The translations under genes were made by a program, and so were the position numbers. From Candidatus Iainarchaeum sp. (GTDB taxonomy: Archaea; Iainarchaeota; Iainarchaeia; JAGGVJ01), in assembly GCA_021158055.1 (NCBI GenBank), contig JAGGVJ010000044.1, positions 1 through 21,589 of the forward strand: a stretch of DNA of 21,589 nucleotides. Direction: 5' to 3'. Below are positions 15,567 to 21,589 of the stretch, one piece after another. Under the pieces are notes generated by a model. That model did not search any database and was not told where the DNA came from. It saw nothing but the letters and a program-made list of their open reading frames with translations. Numbering within the stretch: position 1 is the first letter of the stretch; each line of letters begins with the position of its first letter.

Positions 15567-16520
15567 ATGTTTGACTACTGGAAACTTCCGCCTTATAACT
15601 TTGCAGGGCTTGAAAGCCACTGTGATTTTGAGTCCTCAAGGTTTGTGGTGGTTCCCGTGCCTTTCGACAGCACTGTCTCTTACGGTTCCGGCTGCAGGGA
15701 AGGCCCTCACGCAGTGATTTCTGCGAGCAGGCACATGGAGCTTTTTGACAGGGATTTCGGCGAGCCATACCTGCATGGAATCTGCACTCTTGATGAGCTT
15801 GAGCCGGCGCGCGGAGACCCGAAAGAAACAATTGACCGCGTTTGTTTTGTTGCAAAAAAAATAGTTGAGGCGAGAAAGATCCCGGTGTTTCTTGGAGGCG
15901 AGCATTCAATCACAGTTGGGGTTTTGAACGCGTTCAAGGAAATCAGCGACAACGTAAACGTTCTCAAAAAAGCTGTGTCAGCAACTTCTTCAAAAGAAAG
16001 AGACAAGGGGTTGCTTGTGGTGCAGTTTGACGCGCACGCTGACCTGCGCGACGAGTTTGACGGAACAAAGTATTCCCACGCGTGCGTGATGAAGCGCGCG
16101 CATGAAACGTTTGACACCCTGCAGATCGGGTTGCGCTCGGTTTCAAAAGAAGAAAGCGGGTTCATGGAAAAAAACAAGTTTGACTGTTTTTTTGCACAAG
16201 ATCTGAATTCAGACAAGGATTCAGGCAAAACAACCATTGCAAAAAAGATTGAAAAACTTGTGCAAGGTCGGGAAGTGTACATTTCAGTTGACATGGATGT
16301 TTTTGACCCTTCGGTTGCGCCGGGAGTCGGAACCCCCGAGCCAAACGGCTTGGCTTACAGGCAAGTCCTTGACCTTGTTTCTTTGATAGTTTCTGCTTCT
16401 TCCAAGACAGTCGGTTTTGACTGTGTTGAAACAAGCCCGATTCCAGGAAGCACCGTGACTGAATACACGGCAGCAAAGCTTGTGTATTCAATGATGGGCT
16501 TTTTGTCTGCGAAAAGGTAA
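15567..16520 (+). CDS. speB: Agmatinase (ureohydrolase family)
   Basis: VPFDSTVSYGSG.REGP, GGEHS, FDAHADLRD, YSHAC, SVDMDVFDPS.APGVGTPEP.G. The ATG at 15567 is preferred to the track's TTG at 15504. Confidence 0.93.
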   Translation: MFDYWKLPPYNFAGLESHCDFESSRFVVVPVPFDSTVSYGSGCREGPHAVISASRHMELFDRDFGEPYLHGICTLDELEPARGDPKETIDRVCFVAKKIVEARKIPVFLGGEHSITVGVLNAFKEISDNVNVLKKAVSATSSKERDKGLLVVQFDAHADLRDEFDGTKYSHACVMKRAHETFDTLQIGLRSVSKEESGFMEKNKFDCFFAQDLNSDKDSGKTTIAKKIEKLVQGREVYISVDMDVFDPSVAPGVGTPEPNGLAYRQVLDLVSLIVSASSKTVGFDCVETSPIPGSTVTEYTAAKLVYSMMGFLSAKR

Positions 16521-16613
16521 AGGCAAGCAGATATTTAAACAAGAAGTCATTTTCTTAATTCAGGCTTATTGATAAATTTGTTTTTAAGTTGAGTTGCGCT
16601 TTAAGGTGTTGAA

Positions 16614-19600
16614 ATGGTTGTCCAAAAAAAGTTGTTTTTGATTTTTGCGTGCATTGTGGCTCTTTTTCTTTTTATTCAGCCGGTTTGCTCCGCTTCATGG
16701 TGGGATTCAAACTGGGAGTACAGGAAACCGGTCACTGTGACTGACACCAGCGGTTCTGATCTGGCTGATTTTCAGGTTTTGTTCGGGTTTGATTCTCAAT
16801 CACTGGTTTCTGCCGGGAAGATGAATGCTGATTGCAGTGATTTGAGGTTTGCTGACGAGTCGGATTTGCGGGAGTTGAGTTATTGGGTTGAGTCCGGGTG
16901 CAACACTGCAAATACGATGGTGTGGGTGAAGGTTCCAAGCATCCCCGCAAGTTCATTTACAGTCATATATATGTATTACGGCAACGCGCCTGCAAGTTCT
17001 GCGAGCAACTATATCAATACTTTTGATGTCTTGGGTGACGGCTCTGACGGGACTTTAACAGTTTCTTCTGCGGGTACGGTGGTTAATGATTATGATTACT
17101 TAACCGGAAATGAAGATGCTGGAGAAACATCCATAGTTGTAAACAGCGGTTCTGGTTTTTCAGATGGAGACGAAATATTGATAATACAGATGCAAAGCTA
17201 TTCCGGCGGTGTTGCAGGAACCTATGAGTTCAGAAAGATAAGTTCCGGCGGGGGCACGACAACATTCACGCTTGATGCGCCGTTAAAAAACAGTTATGCT
17301 TCAGGGACGTTTAACCCGTCCGCCGCCACGGTGACGCAGGTTGTCAGGGTTCCGCAATATACCGGCGTGACCGTTGATGCAGGGGCAAGTATAATTTCTT
17401 CTGCCTGGAATGGTTACAAGGGAGGGGTAGTCATATTTAGGGCAAGCGGAGATGTAACTGTAAATGGAAATATTGATGTGTCAGGCAAGGGGTTTAGCGG
17501 GGGTGCCGGGGCAGCTGCTACTTCACCTGCACTTGGGGGCATAACATATAATGGAAGAGGCGGTTCAGGAGGTTATGTTTATTCATATGCCGGGCTTGCG
17601 GGACAAGGCGGTGGCGGAGGCGGAGGCAGCTGGACCAACGGAGGGATGGGAAGCGGCGCTGCCGGAACTGTCGGCGGCGCGGGCGGAGGCGGTGGCGGAC
17701 AGCGGGAAGGTTGCTATATGTCCCCTTATGGTGGCGGTGGCGGCGGAGGTGGATATGGCTCCGCAGGCAATGGGGGGTACGGGAGTAATAATGGTTCAGA
17801 GGGCATTAATTCAATGGGCGGCTCGGGAGCAACCCCCGCCGCTGTCGGCTGTAACAGCATCGGTTCCCCTGGCGGGGGCGGAGGCGGCGGAATTTACGGA
17901 ACACCTAATCTTGCCAAGTTATATTTAGGAAGCGGTGGTGCAGGTGGCGGAGGCGGCTGGCAACAGGATGGCGGCGGCAGTTCATCCGGCGGAAGCGGTG
18001 CAGGCGGAGGAGGAATTATTTATGTCACTGCAAACGCCATTGCCATTAATGACGGTGCGGCAGTTTCGGCTGACGGTGACCAGGGTTCAGCTGGCGGTAC
18101 AAGCGGTAACGGCAATTCAGGCGGGGGAGGGGGAGGTGCCGGAGGTTCGGTATATCTCACAGGAAATTCCCTTGCCGTGGGCACGGTCCAGGTAACTTCT
18201 GACGGCGGGGCAGGAGGGGCAGGCGGAAACGGACCTATGGCCGGTGGTATCGGCGGAGATGGCCGCATCCGTTTAAGTTCTTATTCCATATCAGGTTCAA
18301 CGGGCCCGACAGCTTATACAGCGGGATTTGATGAGGAATATGTCCGAAAATACGCTTCCTCTGAACCAGCGTCAGATATGGGTGTGGAGGAGCAGAGTGA
18401 TCTGCCGTGTGTTACAGGTGTTTCTTTTGATCCAGTTTTTCCCGAGTCAGGCCAGCTTGTGACTGTGACGGCAGCCGCTGATGACCCGCAGGGAATCGGG
18501 ACGATTGACAGTTATTCTTTTACGGTGAAAAGCCCTGAAGGGAGTGTGTTTGCGGGGCCGGTTTCGCAGGGGAGCAATGTGTATTCTTTTATTCCCAATG
18601 TTGCGGGTTCGTGGACTGTTGAGATTACGGCGACTGATGCAGAGGCGAACACAAGCAGTGTTTTCAGCGAGAGTGTGAGTGTCCGCGGCTGGTGGGATTC
18701 AAACTGGGAGTACAGGAAAGCAATTACTGTGGCTGACACCAGCGGTTCTGATCTGGCTGATTTTCAGGTGCTGGTCGGGTTTGATTCTCAATCCCTGGTT
18801 TCTGCCGGGAAGATGAATGCTGATTGCAGTGATTTGCGGTTTGCTGACGAATCGGGTTTGAGCGGGTTGGGTTACTGGGTTGAGTCCGGGTGCAATACTG
18901 CGGACACGAGGGTTTGGGTAAAGGTCCCTGAAATCCCCGCAGGTTCAGGCAAGACAATCTATGTTTACTACGGCAATGCGGAAGCGGAGAGCGCGAGTGA
19001 CGGGGATGCAGTGTTTGAGTTTTTTGATGATTTTGAGGATGATGTTGTTGGACAAATGGCTACTGGATGGGTTGATGCAAGCACCGGAAGTGGGTGGTCA
19101 CAAGTGAGTGATGCACAAGCCAAGCAAGGAAGTAAAAGCTTGGAAGCATATGGGGTTTCGTCAAGCAACGATGGCATACCTAGGAGATACAATATTGATT
19201 CAGTTGTAGATTATGCTTTTAGTTTCTGGGCAAGGTTTGGTAATGTTGATGCAGGTGGAGATGTAGCTTTTAGCTTTAGTGATACAAATGGTGGAGGTTT
19301 GGGGTCGGCAAGTGAAATTTTTAGCGCGAGTTCTATGATGATTTATGCTGAGACAGGCAGCACTTTTTTCACACCCGTTGATGATACTTGGTATTTCTTT
19401 GAATTTAAAAAAGCTAATTCATTGTCAAGCGCTTATGTTTATGATGCAAACCGGGATTTAATAACAAGTGTAGTAGACCAACCAGCACCGTCTACTTATG
19501 GTTTTGATAAAATTTATATAATTAGTGGTAATGGGGGGCAGGATTGCTTTTTTGATGTATTTCGAATCCGCAAATACGCTTCTTCCGAACCGGAATCAAA

Positions 19601-21589
19601 TGTGGGTGTGGAGGAGCAGAGTGATCTGCCGTATATTACAGGTGTTTCTTTTGACCCGGTTTTTCCCGAGGCAGGTCAGCTTGTGACTGTGACGGCGACC
19701 GCTGCTGACCCGCAGGGAATCGGGACGATTGACAGTTATTTTTTTACTGTGAAAAACCCTGAAGGGAGTGTGTTTGCTAGTTCGGGTTCGCAGGAGAGTA
19801 ATGTTTATTCTTTTGCTCCTGATGTTGCTGGTTTGTGGACTGTTGAGGTTACTGTGACTGATGCACAGGCGAACACAAGCAGTGTGTTCAGTGAACAAAT
19901 CAGTGTTGGTGGTTGGTGGGATTCAAACTGGATGTACAGGAAACCAATTACTGTGGCTGACACCAGCGGTTCTGATCTGACTGATTTTCAGGTGTTGCTT
20001 GAGTTTGATTCCGCTTCTTTGATTGCAGACGGCTTGATGAATGCCGATTGCAGTGATTTGCGCTTTGCTGACGGGTTTGGTTTGAGTGCGTTGGGTTATT
20101 GGGTTGAGTCGGGTTGCAATACTGCAAGCACCAAGGTTTGGGTGAAGGTTCCGGCTATTCCCGCAAACGGTTCAACAGACATTCACATGTATTACGGCAA
20201 CGCGCCTGCTGAGAGTGCAAGTAGCGGATCAGGTACTTTTGAGTTTTTTGATGATTTTGAGGAGGGGGTATTAGATAAATGGAAACAAACTACCTATGGC
20301 TCAATATCGACTACAGCTCATTCAGGCACATATTCTGGTGTGAGTACTACTGCCTGTTGTAAGGGTGAGCCAAACTTAGGTTTTATTTCTAACGACTTTT
20401 CGGCAATTCATAATTGTGTTGTTGAATATTGGTTTCGTGAAACTGCACGCCAGCCGTATTTCGGGTTATATATGGATTCTGGTAATTCCAATAACCGCTT
20501 TAAAAACCGAGTAGATTGCGAGCCTCACAGTGCAATGACTACAGAGTTTTGGGTTACAGAAAACGGTAGCTCTCTTGGTGGTAGTGGTAATGTTAGTGAT
20601 TTTAGTCGAAACACCTGGTATCATTCAAAAATAATAGTAAATGGAACAAATATAAAATGGTATTTTGATACTGCCGATGCGACGACTTTAAGAGGCGAGA
20701 TGACGCACGCAAATATTGCTAATTTGAATTTCACAAATTTTGCGTTTGTGGCCCGGGGAGGAAATACATACGCAGATGACATCCGCGTCCGCAAATACGC
20801 TTCTTCCGATCCCGCCGTAAGTTTTGGCGCGCAGGAGCAGTTTGGGGCGCCGGTTGTCACAGGGATGTCTTTTAATTTTTCGTTGTTTGAAGTAAGGGAT
20901 TCTGTAGAGGCGACTGCAGTGGCGTCTGATCCCGAAGGCGATCCGGTCATTCAGTATGATTTCCGTGTTTTTGATGGTTCGGGAAATGAGGTTTTGAATC
21001 CCGCAGCCCAGGATTCAGGCACTTATTCTTTCAATGCGATTGGCGAGCCCGGTTTGTGGCAGGTAAAGGCAAAAGCGAGTGACGGTGAGTACTGGGGCCC
21101 CGAGTTTACCAAAGAAGTGTTTGTGAATGATTCAGGTCTTGCAACCGTGGGTTTGAGTTTAAGCAACGGAGAGTATTCAAGCACTGAGCTGGTTGACGGA
21201 AGCGTGGTTCTTTCAGGCACGCAGTCAAGCGGGACTTTCATTACTCCTGCGATTGAGCCCGTGAATTTTAGCAAGTGGGGAGTCGTGACTTTTTCAAAGA
21301 CCACTCCGGGAAACTCAGCGCTGATGGTTGATGTTCTGGACGCGTCTGATGACTTGGTTTTAATCGCGGACGTGAAGAACGGGCAGAACATTTCAGGTCT
21401 TGAAGCCGGCGCCATAAAACTGAGGGCAAACTTTACTTCCGGAAGCACTCCGACACTGGATGCGTGGGACGTGAGTTATTACTCTCAATTTAAAATCACA
21501 ATCACGGATTGTTCAAATCCCTATTCGGGTGAGGTCACTACAGAAGCGGTAAGGGTAAGTGATTCCGAAGAGTTCGGCCCGTTCACGGG
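16614..21589 (+). CDS. Giant secreted multidomain surface protein (paralog B), 3'-truncated by the window edge: signal peptide, 3 DUF2341-like units, glycine-rich domain, Ig-like spacers
   Basis: Not in the ORF track. By hand translation the frame is open from ATG 16614 (MVVQKKLFLIFACIVALFLFIQPVCSASWWDSNWEYRK) to the window end, more than 1650 codons. WWDSNW at 16698, 18690 and 19914 are all in frame. The C-terminal part is colinear with paralog A. Confidence 0.92.
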   Translation, partial: MVVQKKLFLIFACIVALFLFIQPVCSASWWDSNWEYRKPVTVTDTSGSDLADFQVLFGFDSQSLVSAGKMNADCSDLRFADESDLRELSYWVESGCNTANTMVWVKVPSIPASSFTVIYMYYGNAPASSASNYINTFDVLGDGSDGTLTVSSAGTVVNDYDYLTGNEDAGETSIVVNSGSGFSDGDEILIIQMQSYSGGVAGTYEFRKISSGGGTTTFTLDAPLKNSYASGTFNPSAATVTQVVRVPQYTGVTVDAGASIISSAWNGYKGGVVIFRASGDVTVNGNIDVSGKGFSGGAGAAATSPALGGITYNGRGGSGGYVYSYAGLAGQGGGGGGGSWTNGGMGSGAAGTVGGAGGGGGGQREGCYMSPYGGGGGGGGYGSAGNGGYGSNNGSEGINSMGGSGATPAAVGCNSIGSPGGGGGGGIYGTPNLAKLYLGSGGAGGGGGWQQDGGGSSSGGSGAGGGGIIYVTANAIAINDGAAVSADGDQGSAGGTSGNGNSGGGGGGAGGSVYLTGNSLAVGTVQVTSDGGAGGAGGNGPMAGGIGGDGRIRLSSYSISGSTGPTAYTAGFDEEYVRKYASSEPASDMGVEEQSDLPCVTGVSFDPVFPESGQLVTVTAAADDPQGIGTIDSYSFTVKSPEGSVFAGPVSQGSNVYSFIPNVAGSWTVEITATDAEANTSSVFSESVSVRGWWDSNWEYRKAITVADTSGSDLADFQVLVGFDSQSLVSAGKMNADCSDLRFADESGLSGLGYWVESGCNTADTRVWVKVPEIPAGSGKTIYVYYGNAEAESASDGDAVFEFFDDFEDDVVGQMATGWVDASTGSGWSQVSDAQAKQGSKSLEAYGVSSSNDGIPRRYNIDSVVDYAFSFWARFGNVDAGGDVAFSFSDTNGGGLGSASEIFSASSMMIYAETGSTFFTPVDDTWYFFEFKKANSLSSAYVYDANRDLITSVVDQPAPSTYGFDKIYIISGNGGQDCFFDVFRIRKYASSEPESNVGVEEQSDLPYITGVSFDPVFPEAGQLVTVTATAADPQGIGTIDSYFFTVKNPEGSVFASSGSQESNVYSFAPDVAGLWTVEVTVTDAQANTSSVFSEQISVGGWWDSNWMYRKPITVADTSGSDLTDFQVLLEFDSASLIADGLMNADCSDLRFADGFGLSALGYWVESGCNTASTKVWVKVPAIPANGSTDIHMYYGNAPAESASSGSGTFEFFDDFEEGVLDKWKQTTYGSISTTAHSGTYSGVSTTACCKGEPNLGFISNDFSAIHNCVVEYWFRETARQPYFGLYMDSGNSNNRFKNRVDCEPHSAMTTEFWVTENGSSLGGSGNVSDFSRNTWYHSKIIVNGTNIKWYFDTADATTLRGEMTHANIANLNFTNFAFVARGGNTYADDIRVRKYASSDPAVSFGAQEQFGAPVVTGMSFNFSLFEVRDSVEATAVASDPEGDPVIQYDFRVFDGSGNEVLNPAAQDSGTYSFNAIGEPGLWQVKAKASDGEYWGPEFTKEVFVNDSGLATVGLSLSNGEYSSTELVDGSVVLSGTQSSGTFITPAIEPVNFSKWGVVTFSKTTPGNSALMVDVLDASDDLVLIADVKNGQNISGLEAGAIKLRANFTSGSTPTLDAWDVSYYSQFKITITDCSNPYSGEVTTEAVRVSDSEEFGPFT
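16698..16990 (+). repeat. DUF2341-like constant segment; further copies at about 184-475, 4225-4515, 18690-18980, 19914-20205, plus a split, diverged copy at 1369-1475 and 2785-2950
   Basis: Shared DNA such as TGGTGGGATTCAAACTGG, GATTTTCAGGT, TGCAGTGATTTG.G.TTTGCTGA, TGGGTTGAGTC.GG.TGCAA and ATGTATTACGGCAA. Confidence 0.92.
18345..18689 (+). repeat. Closing-strand plus Ig-like spacer repeat; near copy at 19569-19913 (offset 1224), more diverged copies at about 1024-1368 and 3880-4224
   Basis: RKYASSEP..GVEEQSDLP..TGVSFDPVFPE.GQLVTVTA.A.DPQGIGTIDSY; identical run TGGGTGTGGAGGAGCAGAGTGATCTGCCGT in both paralog B copies. Confidence 0.92.

Noticed and set aside
6004-16613. Region between direct repeats as an integrated mobile element
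   Set aside because: The content is core housekeeping genes; no integrase, transposase or att sites.
17551-18268. Ala/Glu- and Pro-rich ORFs (17551-17928, 17935-18195, 18020-18268)
   Set aside because: Alternative-frame read-outs of the GGN-rich polyglycine coding sequence.
16698-20215. Possible diversity-generating retroelement (TR/VR pairs)
   Set aside because: No reverse transcriptase in the window, all copies are in-frame coding, and the mismatches I inspected are not adenine-specific.
16698-20800. Repeat-spacer pattern reminiscent of a CRISPR array or integron
   Set aside because: Repeats and spacers are hundreds of bp and lie within one reading frame; no cas or integrase genes and no attC-like sites were recognised.

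Overview
Archaeal chromosomal window, most likely from a DPANN-type lineage (inference from gene content and GGTGA/GGAGG ribosome-binding sites). All credible genes are on the + strand. The centre holds housekeeping genes: a P-loop NTPase, ahcY, the conserved replication-translation cluster priL-priS-gins51-rpl44e-rps27e-aIF2alpha-nop10-PAC2, an AT-rich AAA_14/DUF4143 ATPase and an agmatinase. Two paralogous giant secreted proteins bracket this block. The second (16614 to beyond the window end) and nop10 (12895-13062) are missing from the supplied ORF track. Both giant proteins follow one plan: signal peptide, three DUF2341-like constant units each holding a different passenger domain, Ig-like spacers, and a shared colinear C-terminal module. 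The constant DNA is closely similar and mosaic across copies, whereas the passengers differ in sequence and length (lectin-like beta-sandwiches, a polyglycine domain, and a LamG/fibrinogen nest at a second insertion site). This looks like a recombination-diversified cassette surface-protein system. The PriL also carries a PriX-like C-terminal domain. No RNA genes, CRISPR arrays or transposases were recognised.
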